Of a DNA stretch of 64,000 nt, positions 1 through 9,657 are shown in pieces. Position 1 is the first letter of the stretch. Each line of letters begins with the position of its first letter. The notes beneath the pieces are model-generated. The model did no database searches, was not told the origin of the DNA, and saw only the letters and a program-made list of their open reading frames with translations. Source of the DNA: an uncultured bacterium (GTDB taxonomy: Bacteria; Krumholzibacteriota; Krumholzibacteriia; Krumholzibacteriales; Krumholzibacteriaceae); contig CAWBAN010000003.1 of the NCBI GenBank assembly GCA_963786935.1, positions 96,001 through 160,000 on the forward strand, read 5' to 3'. Position numbers and translations under genes: made by a program.

Positions 1-186
1 GCGCTCTCGTCGACCCTGGCCGGCAACCTCCTCATCGTCGGTTCCATCGCCAACATCATCGTCGTCGACCAGGCCCGCCGCCTCGGCGTTTCGATTTCGT
101 GGCGCGAGCACGCCGCGATCGGCGTGCCGGTCACCCTGCTCACCCTCGCCGTCGCGGCGGGGTGGCTCGCCCTGCGGGCGTTTTAG
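1..186 (+). CDS. 3' end of ArsB/NhaD (YbiR/SLC13-like) anion transporter, partial
   Basis: Frame 1 reads ALSSTLAGNLLIVGSIANIIV...GVPVTLLTLAVAAGWLAL to TAG at 184-186. STLAGN..GS.ANIIV is the typical C-terminal motif of this family. Confidence 0.8.
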   Translation, partial: ALSSTLAGNLLIVGSIANIIVVDQARRLGVSISWREHAAIGVPVTLLTLAVAAGWLALRAF

Positions 187-557
187 CGGCGAATGGCCCT
201 TCTGGTCCGCATTATGCTATGCCGCTCACGGGAAGGTGTGCCGGAAAAACGGGGGGCGGCGGCGATCCGGGAGACGCCCGAAAGATTTTTTGAAAATCGT
301 GAGATTGTCGCTTGTAATTTTTGAGGCCTTGTATATATTGCATCACGATTGATCGAAGAAACGCACAGGAGGAACCTGAAAAATGAGGACCAATATTCCG
401 TGCATCTCGTTCGGATGCCTGGTTAAGCCGGTAGCGGCGGCGCATGGCGCGCTCCTCGGTTTGGCGGGCGACGGCGCCCGCGGTGAATTGGATTCGAGAT
501 TCGGATATTCAAGCATAGCGCGGCCACGGAGCCGCTGCAGTATGGAGGGACCGGTTG

Positions 558-1889
558 ATGGAAACGCAAGCTTCAACGCATCACGCTACCGATGTTACTA
601 GCGGAGAACAAAGCGAGGATCATCCTCCGCATTTATCTGGCTGCCTCGGTCCATTGTTCGACGGACAGATTTCTCCCCAGACAAGCATCATTCATCATTC
701 GCGCGTCTCCGGCGCGAGACCGCTCGCGGGCAAGCGCCCGAGCTTGAGCTCGCGCGTCCGGCTGTTCCGCCGCGCGTTTTTCCCCGAGGTGAGCGACCGC
801 GACTGGAACGACTGGCGCTGGCAGATACGGAATCGCGTGCAGGACATCGCCCAGTTCGAGCGCATGCTCTCGCTCTCGGGCGACGAGCGCACCGCCATCG
901 AGAAGGGCGGATCGCTCCTTCCCGTCGGCGTGACGCCGTACTACATGAGCCTGCTCTCGTACGACAACCCCGCGCAGGCCCTGCGCCGGACGGTCATCCC
1001 GAGCACCGGCGAGTTCGTATGCTCGCCCGGCGAGTCCGCCGATCCGCTCGCGGAGGAGGCGACGAGCCCCGTGCCGGGTCTCGTTCACCGTTATCCGGAC
1101 CGCGTGCTGCTCCTCGTGTCGGATTTCTGCTCGACCTACTGCCGCTACTGCACGCGCTCGCGCGTCGTGGGGCAGGGCGTGCTCCATCCGGCGGCGGCCC
1201 GGCTCGAGAAGGCGTTCGAATACATCCGCCTCAATCCCCAGATCCGCGACGTCCTCGTGTCGGGCGGGGAGCCGCTCGCGCTGAGCGACGACCGGCTCGA
1301 CTGGATCCTCTCGGAGCTCAGGCGCATTTCGCACGTCGAGATCGTGCGGATCGGGACGAAGGCGCCCGTCGTGCTGCCGCAGCGGATCACGCCGCAGCTC
1401 ACGCGGATGCTCCGCAGGCACCATCCGGTCTGGATGAGCATCCACTTCACCCACCCCGACGAGTGCACGGCCGAGGCGAGCCGCGCCTGCGCGCAGCTCG
1501 CGGACGCCGGCATCCCCCTCGGATCCCAGACGGTGCTCCTCAAGGGGATCAACGACAACGTCGAGACGATGAAGCGGCTCGTGCAGCGCCTCATGGCGAT
1601 GCGCGTCCGGCCCTACTACATCTACCAGTGCGACCCGATCTACGGCTCGTCGCATTTCAGGACGTCCGTCGAGACCGGGATCGAGATCATCCGGGGTCTC
1701 CGGGGATTCACGAGCGGCTACGCCGTTCCCACGTTCGTCATCGACGCCCCCGGCGGCGGGGGGAAGACCCCCGTCATGCCCGATTACGTCGTCGGACGGG
1801 AAGGGGATCACGTCGTGCTGCGCAATTACGAGGGCAATCTCTATCGCTACTACGATCCCCAGCCGGGCGGGGCGCTCGCGCGCGTCTAG
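558..1889 (+). CDS. kamA: KamA-family radical SAM/PLP amino-acid 2,3-aminomutase (lysine 2,3-aminomutase-like)
   Basis: WNDWRWQ, HRYPDRVL, CxxxCxxC (CSTYCRYC), QTVLLKGIND, YQCD and the PLP-lysine motif DAPGGGGK. Confidence 0.92.
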   Translation: METQASTHHATDVTSGEQSEDHPPHLSGCLGPLFDGQISPQTSIIHHSRVSGARPLAGKRPSLSSRVRLFRRAFFPEVSDRDWNDWRWQIRNRVQDIAQFERMLSLSGDERTAIEKGGSLLPVGVTPYYMSLLSYDNPAQALRRTVIPSTGEFVCSPGESADPLAEEATSPVPGLVHRYPDRVLLLVSDFCSTYCRYCTRSRVVGQGVLHPAAARLEKAFEYIRLNPQIRDVLVSGGEPLALSDDRLDWILSELRRISHVEIVRIGTKAPVVLPQRITPQLTRMLRRHHPVWMSIHFTHPDECTAEASRACAQLADAGIPLGSQTVLLKGINDNVETMKRLVQRLMAMRVRPYYIYQCDPIYGSSHFRTSVETGIEIIRGLRGFTSGYAVPTFVIDAPGGGGKTPVMPDYVVGREGDHVVLRNYEGNLYRYYDPQPGGALARV

Positions 1890-1912
1890 GAGGCGGGGCC
1901 GATTTCCGGAGC

Positions 1913-2920
1913 ATGAAGATAGGCCTCACATACGATCTCAGGTCGGAGTATCTCGCCATGGGCTACGGCGAGGAGGAGACCGCCGAGTTCGATCGGGAGG
2001 AAACGATCGACGAGCTCGAGGGGGCCGTTCGCCGGCTCGATCACGCGACCGACCGGATCGGCAGCGCCCGGCGGCTCGTCGAGCGGCTCGCCGCGGGGGA
2101 CCGCTGGGATCTCGTGTTCAACATCGCCGAGGGGCTCCGCGGGCTCGGCCGCGAGGCGCAGGTGCCGGCGATTCTCGACCTCTACGGCATCCCGTACACC
2201 TTCTCCGATCCGCTCGTCATGGCGCTCACCCTGCACAAGGGCATGACGAAGCACGTCGTCCGCGACGCCGGGATTCCGACGTGCGATTTCGCGATCGTCG
2301 AGAGCGAGGCGGATGCCGGGGCGGTCCGCTTCGGGCCTCCCTATTTTCTCAAGCCCGTCGCCGAGGGGACGAGCAAGGGGATCACGTCGAAGTCGATCGT
2401 GAAGGATCGCGCGGCGCTCGGGCCGCTCTGCGGCGAGCTCGTCCGGGAGTTCAAGCAGCCCGTCATCGTCGAGGAGTTCCTGCCGGGCCGGGAGTTCACC
2501 GTCGGCGTCCTCGGCACGGGGCCGCGGGCCGAGGCGATCGGAAGCCTCGAGATGGGCCTTCGGCCGGGCGCCGAGGACAACGTGTACTCGTACGTCAACA
2601 AGGAGCAGTGCGAGGAGCTCGTCGAGTACATCCTCGTCAGGCCCGACGGCGACGCCGCGGTGCGCGAGGCGGAGCGCATCGCGCTGAAGGCGTGGCGGAT
2701 TCTCGGCTGCCGCGACGCCGGACGGGTCGACCTGCGGTGCGACGGGCGCGGGCGGCCGCAGTTCGTCGAGATCAATCCCCTCGCGGGGCTGCACCCCTCT
2801 CATTCCGACCTCCCCATATTGTGCACGAAGCTCGGCATACCGTACGTGTCACTCATCGACCGCATCCTGCGTTCCGCCGCCGAACGGGTGGAACGCGAAG
2901 CGGCTCACCCTCGCCCGTAA
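1913..2920 (+). CDS. D-Ala-D-Ala ligase-like ATP-grasp amide ligase (1)
   Basis: ATG at 1913 after an AGGAGG SD. Motifs FNIAEG, LTLHKGMTK, KPVAEGTSKGI, EEFLPGREFTV, GRVDLR, EINPLAGL. Confidence 0.88.
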   Translation: MKIGLTYDLRSEYLAMGYGEEETAEFDREETIDELEGAVRRLDHATDRIGSARRLVERLAAGDRWDLVFNIAEGLRGLGREAQVPAILDLYGIPYTFSDPLVMALTLHKGMTKHVVRDAGIPTCDFAIVESEADAGAVRFGPPYFLKPVAEGTSKGITSKSIVKDRAALGPLCGELVREFKQPVIVEEFLPGREFTVGVLGTGPRAEAIGSLEMGLRPGAEDNVYSYVNKEQCEELVEYILVRPDGDAAVREAERIALKAWRILGCRDAGRVDLRCDGRGRPQFVEINPLAGLHPSHSDLPILCTKLGIPYVSLIDRILRSAAERVEREAAHPRP

Positions 2921-2927
2921 GGTCGTC

Positions 2928-3992
2928 ATGCGCGTCGCGATTCTCTTCAATGCCGTGAGCGAACAGGCGAAGACGGACGAGCTCGACGTGCTCGTGCAGC
3001 TCGACGCCGTGCACGCGGCGCTCGGCCGGCTCGGGCACGAGGCGATCAAGGTGCCGTGCGGCTTCGACGTGAGCGCCGTCGTCGCCGAGCTCGACGCGTT
3101 CAGGCCCGACGCGGTGTTCAACCTCGTCGAGTGCCTCGAGGGGTACGGGCGGCTCATCTTTCTCGTGCCGGCCGTCCTCGACGCGAAGGGAATCGCGTAT
3201 ACCGGCTCCCCGGCGGAAGCGCTGTTCCTCACGTCCCACAAGGTGCTCGCCAAGGAGCGGATACGGGCCGGCGGGCTCCCGACGCCCGATTGGATCGGCC
3301 CGTGGCCCGGCGGCGGAATGGCGCCGATCGTCGAGCGGCGCGCCCGCACGCGGCGCAAACCGAGCTACATCGTCAAGGCCGTCTGGGAGCACGCGTCCTT
3401 CGGCATGGACGACGACGTCGTCGTCCGGCAGGCGGACGAGGCGAAGCTCCGGCGGCTGATGGAGGAATGGTCGCCGCGCCTGCGCGGCGAGTGCTTCGCC
3501 GAGGAATTCATCGACGGCAGGGAATACAACATCTCCGTCATCGCGACCCCCGACGGGCCGCGCGTGCTGCCGGTCGCGGAGATCCTCTTCATCGATTACC
3601 CGAAGGACAAGCCGAAGATCGTGAGCTACAAGGCCAAATGGGAGGAGGATTCGATCGAATATCGCAGCACGCCCCGCAGCTTCGATCATTCCCCCGATGA
3701 CGCGAAGCTCCACGAGGATCTCCGCCGCCTCAGCAGGACCGCGTGGGACCTCTTCGCGCTGAGCGGGTACGCCCGGGTCGATTTCCGCGTCGACCGCAAG
3801 GGGCGTCCATCCATTCTCGAGATCAACGCGAATCCCTGCATTTCGCCCGATTCGGGGTTCATCGCCGCGGCGCAGCAGGGAGGCTTCGATTACGACGCCG
3901 TCATCCGCGGCATTCTCGAGGACGCGGTCCGCAAGCCGCGCTGCGCGCCGTCCGTCGGGACCGATCCGAAGGCCGGGGAAGGCCGCTCATGA
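2928..3992 (+). CDS. D-Ala-D-Ala ligase-like ATP-grasp amide ligase (2)
   Basis: FNLVE, KAVWEHASFGM, EEFIDGREYN, YARVDFR, EINANP. Confidence 0.88.
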   Translation: MRVAILFNAVSEQAKTDELDVLVQLDAVHAALGRLGHEAIKVPCGFDVSAVVAELDAFRPDAVFNLVECLEGYGRLIFLVPAVLDAKGIAYTGSPAEALFLTSHKVLAKERIRAGGLPTPDWIGPWPGGGMAPIVERRARTRRKPSYIVKAVWEHASFGMDDDVVVRQADEAKLRRLMEEWSPRLRGECFAEEFIDGREYNISVIATPDGPRVLPVAEILFIDYPKDKPKIVSYKAKWEEDSIEYRSTPRSFDHSPDDAKLHEDLRRLSRTAWDLFALSGYARVDFRVDRKGRPSILEINANPCISPDSGFIAAAQQGGFDYDAVIRGILEDAVRKPRCAPSVGTDPKAGEGRS

Positions 3993-4017
3993 GCGAACAC
4001 GACGGAGGTGCCGCGCG

Positions 4018-4533
4018 TTGAACGGGAAAGCCCCGGAATCGGGCTCGATGAGCGGCGTTTCGTTCCGCCACGACGTGCGTCCCGATGACTGCGGGACGGT
4101 GCGTGATATCGTCGCGGCGACGGGCTATTTCACGCCGAGCGAGGTCGACGTCGCGGTCGAGCTCGTGCAGGAGAATCTCGCCAAGGGCGCCGCGGCGAGC
4201 GGATATCATTTCATTTTCGCCGAGCACGGGGGGAAGACGATCGGCTACCTCTGCTACGGGCCGATCCCGTGCACGATCTCGAGCCACAACCTCTACTGGA
4301 TCGCCGTTGATCCCCGCCACCAGGGCAAAGGGCTCGGCAAGGCGCTTATGCGCGAGGCCGAGAAATTGATCGGGGAGGCGGGGGGCACGCGCATCTACAT
4401 CGACACTTCCTACAAGGCTCAGTATGAGGACACGAGGGCCTTCTACCTGTCGCTCGGGTACGAGCTCGACGCGCTCCTCAGGGATTTCTACGCTCCCGGC
4501 GACGACAAGGTGATCTACCGGAAGCTGCTCTGA
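4018..4533 (+). CDS. GNAT family N-acetyltransferase
   Basis: LYWIAVDPRHQGKGLGKALM acetyl-CoA motif A and FYLSLGY. GGAGGT SD precedes the TTG start. Confidence 0.88.
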   Translation: MNGKAPESGSMSGVSFRHDVRPDDCGTVRDIVAATGYFTPSEVDVAVELVQENLAKGAAASGYHFIFAEHGGKTIGYLCYGPIPCTISSHNLYWIAVDPRHQGKGLGKALMREAEKLIGEAGGTRIYIDTSYKAQYEDTRAFYLSLGYELDALLRDFYAPGDDKVIYRKLL

Positions 4534-4558
4534 GCGCCGGCCGGTATCAGCGGCGCGT

Positions 4559-5805
4559 TCAATCGGGGGAGACGAGCGCTCCCGCGCCGAGCGCGCCGAT
4601 AAGGACCGTCCCGTACGAGCCGCGCGGCAGGAAGAATCTCACGAAACGCTTGAATCGTCCCGCGCCGGCGCCGGCGTCGTCCGCCTCGACCGGGCCGAGC
4701 GTGAAATCCGTGGCGTCGACGAAGAGCGGCCGCTCGACCTCTCCGAACGGAAGGCCGCGAAGGCCCGGGACGCGCAGAGCGCTCAGCGCGACGCGTTCGC
4801 CGGCGAGCGCGGCCTCGGCGGCGCTTCGCCACGGATCCTCGAGCTTCGTCTCCGGCGAGAACAGCGGAACGAGCGTCCCGGCGAGTCCGGGAGGAATCGC
4901 CGAGGCGCGCGGCGTCGCCGGATCGCCGAAACGCGAGGGGATCCCGATCAGCGGCGGGGCGCACGCCTCCGCGACGAAGCGCCGCGCGACGTCGTTCCAG
5001 AGCTTGGACTGGTACGCCTCGATCGAGATCCGGCGGATGAACGGCGGAAGCGCGCCGAAGCCGGCGCGGAAATCCCCGCCGGTCCCGGCGAGACGCTCGA
5101 TGACCGCCCGCTCGGGGCAGGGGGGAGCTTCCGCGCGAGCGAGTCCCAGTTCCCCCACGCGGCGGCGATCGCGCGCTTGATCTCCTTGCGCTCCCGCGAA
5201 TCCTTCCGGTCCGGGACGGCGATGAGCAGCTCGAGCGCCCCTTCGAAGTCCCCGTCGATGAGCCGCCGGGCGGCGAATCCCCTGCCGTGCCGCGCCGAGC
5301 CGAACCGCTGCTCGCCGAAGTAATTCACAAAACGCAGCGCGCGGCCCCCGGCGCCGGGAAGCGCGAGGAGCCGTCTCGCCTCCGTCATGCGCGCGCACTG
5401 GCGCCGGGTCAGGCCCCGCACCGTCACGCGGAACCGGTTGCCCGATATGTCCCCGGCGGAAAGGGGGGCATCGAGCGCCCCGATTCTCTCGATGCTCCAT
5501 CCGGCCGTCCCGTCGGTTTCGGGAGCGCGCTCGGCGTCGCGGCGGGGGAACCGGACCGACACGTGCTGAACGGTGAGCGCGTGCCGGTCCTTGAGCCCGG
5601 CGTGGCCGATCCGCTCGAGCGGCACGCGAAGCCGCGCCGAGACGCGCTCGAGCGCCTCGAGAGTGCCGAGGTCGCGCTTCGTGAGCCGGTAGATGACGAA
5701 AGGGCCGGGGGACGCCGCTGCGCGCGCCGCGGCAACGCGCCTCGCCGCGGCGGGGGCGAGCACTTCCTCGACCATGAAATCCTCAGGGCGGCTCTTGATC
5801 TTCAC
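4559..5805 (-). pseudogene. truD: tRNA pseudouridine(13) synthase TruD, split by a frameshift in a G6 run at 5120-5125
   Basis: N-half KIKSRPEDFMVEE, GLKDRHALTVQ, GNRF, NYFGEQRFG is in one frame. C-half AYQSKLWN and FFLPRGSYGT is in another. Adding one base to the homopolymer joins them. May be a sequencing error. Confidence 0.8.
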
Positions 5806-7355
5806 GGCGGACCGTCCGGATCGAGCGCGTCGGCGGATCGCGCCGTCGCGGCGAGGTTCGACGAGGGCGAAACCGCGCGACACTCGAAGAGGACGTAGCG
5901 GGAGCCCGAGCTCGTGACGCCGAAGCTCATGCCCAGCTCGTCGAGCAGCTTCCTGAGCTCGTCCGCGCGCCGCCGATCGGCCGTGACGAGGACGTACGTT
6001 TCGTGCCGCGGCGCCGCGACGATCTCGTGGCAGACCGAATCGAGGCTCCGGCGGGCCCACGGGGGGAGCGGCGCGGCGGCGATCCTCGTCAGGCGCCCTT
6101 CGAGGTAGAACTGGAGGCCGAAGAGCTCCCGCGATCCGAAGAGGAAGTACCCGGTCTCGCCGCGTCGCGCGTCGAGGCACGCGCGGTGGAGCGCCTTCAT
6201 GTCGAGATCGCTCCGGTGGCGCGCGCTCGCCCCCTTGAGGCCGACGAGGACCGCGGCGCTGACGGCCGCCGCGACGATCGCCGCGCGGGCGAGGTTCGGG
6301 CGCTCGATCGCGCGCAGCGTCATCCGGGCGGTCGCGAGCGCCACGGCGGGGAAGAGCGGGAGCACGTAGAACGGGAGCCTGCTCTTGGCGAGTGAAAAGA
6401 TGAAGAGCGGCACGAGGATCCATATCGCGAGAAACGCGAGCCGCTCGTCCTCCCGCAGGAGCCGCCTGAGGCTCGACCATCCGAAGATCGTCCGTTCCCG
6501 CGCGAGAGCGACGATCCACGCGCCGATCCCGGCTCCCGTTCCGAAGAGGAGCGGCGGCACGAAGATAACGAGCGGTTTGTACCACTCCGGATTCCTTCCG
6601 TGCTCCGCGGTGGCGATCCTCGCGTAGACCTCGGTGCCGAGGAAGTAATGGAGGAGCCCCGGGGTCCGCGCGGCGACGGCGACGTACCAGCTCGAGCCGA
6701 CGACGATCAGGATCGCGGCGCCGGGGAGCGGGAGGAGCCGCGGCCCTTTTCGGCCCGTGGCGGCGAGGTAGATCCGGAAGACGAGAATCGCGGCGAGCGC
6801 GACGAGCGCGGGCGGCCCCTTCGTGAGGAAGGCGACGCCGAGGAGTCCCCACATCCCGAGGATCCAGCGCTTCTCGCCCCGCGGCGTGCCGGCGCGATGC
6901 GCCTTCCACCAGCAGAGCACCGCGAGGAGCTCCCCGAAGGAGAGGAGGAGATCGGTGTGAACGGAGCTCGCCGCGAGGACGGCGAAGGGTGAGACGGCCC
7001 AGATGAGGCCCGCGGCGAAGCCGGTGCGGCGGTCCCACATCGCCCGCCCGAGGGCGCCGAGGGCGAGCGCGGTCAGGACGAAGACGGCGGCGTTCGGCAG
7101 GCGCGCTCCCCATTCGTTCGTCCCGAAGAGCGCCATGCTCCCCGCGATCGTCCAGTACGCGAGCGGCGGCTTCGTCCAGTGAGGCGCGTAGTCGAGCCGG
7201 GGGACGAGCCAGTCCCCCGTCTCGAGCATCTCGCGGGCCGATTCGGCGTAGCGCCCCTCGGTGGTTTCGTAGAGGCCGCGCGATCCCTGGAAGGCGAGCC
7301 CGACGATCGCCGCGACGGCGACGAGCACGAGGACGTTTCTTCGATCAGGCCTCAC
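5802..7355 (-). CDS. ArnT/PMT-like (GT-C) lipid-linked glycosyltransferase
   Basis: EGRYAESAREM..GDW..P, KPPLAYW, ARLP, LTKGP, KSRLPFYVLP; many TM segments. GTG start at 7355; stop overlaps the truD start. Confidence 0.85.
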   Translation of the reverse strand: MRPDRRNVLVLVAVAAIVGLAFQGSRGLYETTEGRYAESAREMLETGDWLVPRLDYAPHWTKPPLAYWTIAGSMALFGTNEWGARLPNAAVFVLTALALGALGRAMWDRRTGFAAGLIWAVSPFAVLAASSVHTDLLLSFGELLAVLCWWKAHRAGTPRGEKRWILGMWGLLGVAFLTKGPPALVALAAILVFRIYLAATGRKGPRLLPLPGAAILIVVGSSWYVAVAARTPGLLHYFLGTEVYARIATAEHGRNPEWYKPLVIFVPPLLFGTGAGIGAWIVALARERTIFGWSSLRRLLREDERLAFLAIWILVPLFIFSLAKSRLPFYVLPLFPAVALATARMTLRAIERPNLARAAIVAAAVSAAVLVGLKGASARHRSDLDMKALHRACLDARRGETGYFLFGSRELFGLQFYLEGRLTRIAAAPLPPWARRSLDSVCHEIVAAPRHETYVLVTADRRRADELRKLLDELGMSFGVTSSGSRYVLFECRAVSPSSNLAATARSADALDPDGPP

Positions 7356-7668
7356 GGCTCGCCCGTTTTTCCTTTCCGATGAGCATGAGGTTGCGGATGT
7401 AGATGAAGCCGTTGAAGAAGTTCGCGAGAATGAAGACCGGATCGGCGATGTGTATCGCATAGATGAGGAGGATCGCGCTCCCGCCGAGGCTCAAGTACCA
7501 GAACGCGACGGGGATCACGCTCTTTCCCTTCCGCTCCGAGGCGACCCACTGGAGGATGAACCTGCTGCCGAAGAGGAGCTGGCCGAGGAGCCCGAGCGCC
7601 ACCCACCAGCTCGCGAATTTCTGAATCATTCCGTGCCAGAGCCCCTGGGAAAGGTCGGCGATGATCAT
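7345..7668 (-). CDS. Lipid A biosynthesis N-terminal domain (LAB_N) small membrane protein
   Basis: LGLLGQLLFGSRFILQWVASERKGKSVIPVAFWYLSLGG...DPVFI...IYIRNL. ATGA overlap with the GT2 stop. Confidence 0.85.
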   Translation of the reverse strand: MIIADLSQGLWHGMIQKFASWWVALGLLGQLLFGSRFILQWVASERKGKSVIPVAFWYLSLGGSAILLIYAIHIADPVFILANFFNGFIYIRNLMLIGKEKRASREA

Positions 7669-8393
7669 TCGATCTCCTCTTTCACGTCGTATGTCACGTA
7701 GCGGGACTGCATCCATCTCACGGCGAACAGGTCGCGGAGCCCCTTGAAGAGGCGGTTCCCGATGCCGTACTTGTTCGCGCCCTTCGTCCGCGGGCGATGG
7801 TTCACGGGGATCTCGACGACCCGGGCCCCCTCGAGCTTGAGGAGCGTCGGGAGGAACCGGTGCATTCCCTCGAAAAGCTTGACGCGCCGGACGTGCCGGG
7901 CCCGGCACGCCCTGAGCGTGCATCCGACGTCGCGGATGCTCTCGTGCGTGAGGCGGTTCCGCACCGAGTTGGCGATCACCGACGAGGCCTTCCGCACGAA
8001 GGAGTCGCGGCGCCCCGCGCGCACCCCGCAGACGACGTCCCATTCGTCCATCTTCTCGAGGAGCCGCGGGATGTCGGCCGGATCGTTCTGCATGTCGGCG
8101 TCCATCGTCACGATGATCTCCCCGCGCGCGTGCTCGAACCCGGCCGCCATCGCGGTCGTCTGTCCCCGGTTCCGCGCGAACCGCACCGCGCGCAGGCCCG
8201 CCACGTCCCGCTTGAGGGCGCGGAGCCGTTCGAACGTGCCGTCCGTCGAGCCGTCGTCGACGACGACGATCTCGTAGCGCCTGCCGAGGCGCGCGAGCAC
8301 GCCGTCCGCCTCGCGCACGCACGGCTCGATCGATTGCTCCTCGTTGTACGCGGGGATCACGAGACTCAGCTCGATGCGGTCGCCGTTCGCCAT
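7665..8393 (-). CDS. GT2 polyprenol-phosphate glycosyltransferase (ArnC/DPM-like)
   Basis: SLVIPAYNEE, VVDDGSTDGT, NRGQTTA, TMDADMQNDPADI, MHRFLP. Confidence 0.9.
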   Translation of the reverse strand: MANGDRIELSLVIPAYNEEQSIEPCVREADGVLARLGRRYEIVVVDDGSTDGTFERLRALKRDVAGLRAVRFARNRGQTTAMAAGFEHARGEIIVTMDADMQNDPADIPRLLEKMDEWDVVCGVRAGRRDSFVRKASSVIANSVRNRLTHESIRDVGCTLRACRARHVRRVKLFEGMHRFLPTLLKLEGARVVEIPVNHRPRTKGANKYGIGNRLFKGLRDLFAVRWMQSRYVTYDVKEEIE

Positions 8394-8427
8394 GGGACAC
8401 ATGATAGAACGAAGGGCGGCGCCGGCG

Positions 8428-9129
8428 CTACCCCAAAACCGGGAGGCCGAAGATGTAGGTGAGGGAGTAGAGGACGCCCACGACGACGAACGCGGCGCCG
8501 GTGATCCGCCGCGCCCACCGATCGATCGCCGCGAGCCGATTGAACGCCGCGCCGACGCGCCGCGCGCCCGTCGCGAGGAGCACGGCGAAGACGAGCACGG
8601 GGAGCCCGGTCGCGATGCCGTATATCGACGGAATCGCGAAGCTCGAGTGGTGCGTGACGGCGAGGGGGATGAGGCTTCCGAAGAAGAGCGCCGCCGAAAC
8701 GGGGCAGAAGGAAAGGGCGAAAAGCATGCCGAGGAGCCCCGCTCCCCAGAGGCCTCCCGACTCGAGGCGCTTCTGCGTCTTCTCGCTCAGGGCGGGACCG
8801 GACGAGGTGAATCCGAGCAGGCCGAGGAGGAACATCCCCGCGACGACGAGGATGGGGCCGAGGGCCCGGTTCATGTATTTCTCGAGAAAATGAGAAACGG
8901 CGCTCATCGACAGGATGCTCGCCACGAGCAGGACGCCGAGCGCGAGGTAGGTGACGGTTCTGCCGAGCGTATAGGAAACGCCGGTAAGGAGGACCCGCCT
9001 CGGGCTCTCGAGCCGTCTGCCGATGTACGAGATGGCGGCGATGTTCGTCGCGAGCGGACAGGGGCTGATCGACGTGAGGATGCCGAGATAGAACGCCGCC
9101 GCGGCGCCGGCGATGAATCCGCCCATCAT
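8428..9129 (-). CDS. ArsG/CcdA-like membrane protein
   Basis: TSISPCPLATNIAAISYI and FALSFCPVSAALFF Cys motifs in TM helices; ars operon context. Confidence 0.75.
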   Translation of the reverse strand: MMGGFIAGAAAAFYLGILTSISPCPLATNIAAISYIGRRLESPRRVLLTGVSYTLGRTVTYLALGVLLVASILSMSAVSHFLEKYMNRALGPILVVAGMFLLGLLGFTSSGPALSEKTQKRLESGGLWGAGLLGMLFALSFCPVSAALFFGSLIPLAVTHHSSFAIPSIYGIATGLPVLVFAVLLATGARRVGAAFNRLAAIDRWARRITGAAFVVVGVLYSLTYIFGLPVLG

Positions 9130-9632
9130 GTGCCTTCCTGGAACGTCCTGATCTCTTCCTGGATATACGTCACGTACGCGGCCTTGTCGCCGACGAGCTC
9201 CCAGATCCGCGGCAGATTCCTCCAGCGGGTCTCCTCGCCGCCGCTCACGGCGGACAGCACCACCGATTTCGTGGTGAGCACGTAATCCTTCACGAAATGC
9301 TCGTTGCCGGGCTCGTCCGTGTCGATCGCCCGCCAGGCGATCGTCCCGGCATTCATGTCCTCGGCGAAAGCGGTCATGACCGCCTCGCGCGTGTATTCCT
9401 CGAGCTTGCGGCAGGTCGGGCAGCGTCTCGTTCCGTGGAAGTAGTATACGATCATGCCCGTCGAGACGGCCGGGACGGCGGCCGCGCCGTCGGTATCGCG
9501 CGCGCCCGCCGCGGGAGCCGCGGTCTCCGGCACCCCGGGACGGCGCTCCTTTATGACGAGAAACGCCACGCTCACGGCGACGAACGCGATCAGGATTGCG
9601 GTGACGATGTGCCTCGGTTTCATGCGCGCCAT
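9126..9632 (-). CDS. ArsF-like membrane-anchored thioredoxin-fold protein
   Basis: N-terminal TM anchor and VYYFHGTRRCPTC (CxxC); operon context. Confidence 0.72.
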   Translation of the reverse strand: MARMKPRHIVTAILIAFVAVSVAFLVIKERRPGVPETAAPAAGARDTDGAAAVPAVSTGMIVYYFHGTRRCPTCRKLEEYTREAVMTAFAEDMNAGTIAWRAIDTDEPGNEHFVKDYVLTTKSVVLSAVSGGEETRWRNLPRIWELVGDKAAYVTYIQEEIRTFQEGT

Positions 9633-9657
9633 TCTCCTTTGCCGCGATTCCGGTTCT

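Noticed and set aside
558..1889. EF-P beta-lysylation (EpmB) or lysine fermentation role for KamA
   Set aside because: No efp/epmA or kamDE/kdd genes are adjacent. The context is ATP-grasp ligases and a GNAT.
1019..1912. N-terminal extension of the 633-aa ORF
   Set aside because: It is an out-of-frame overlap with kamA. The real ligase starts at ATG 1913 after an SD.
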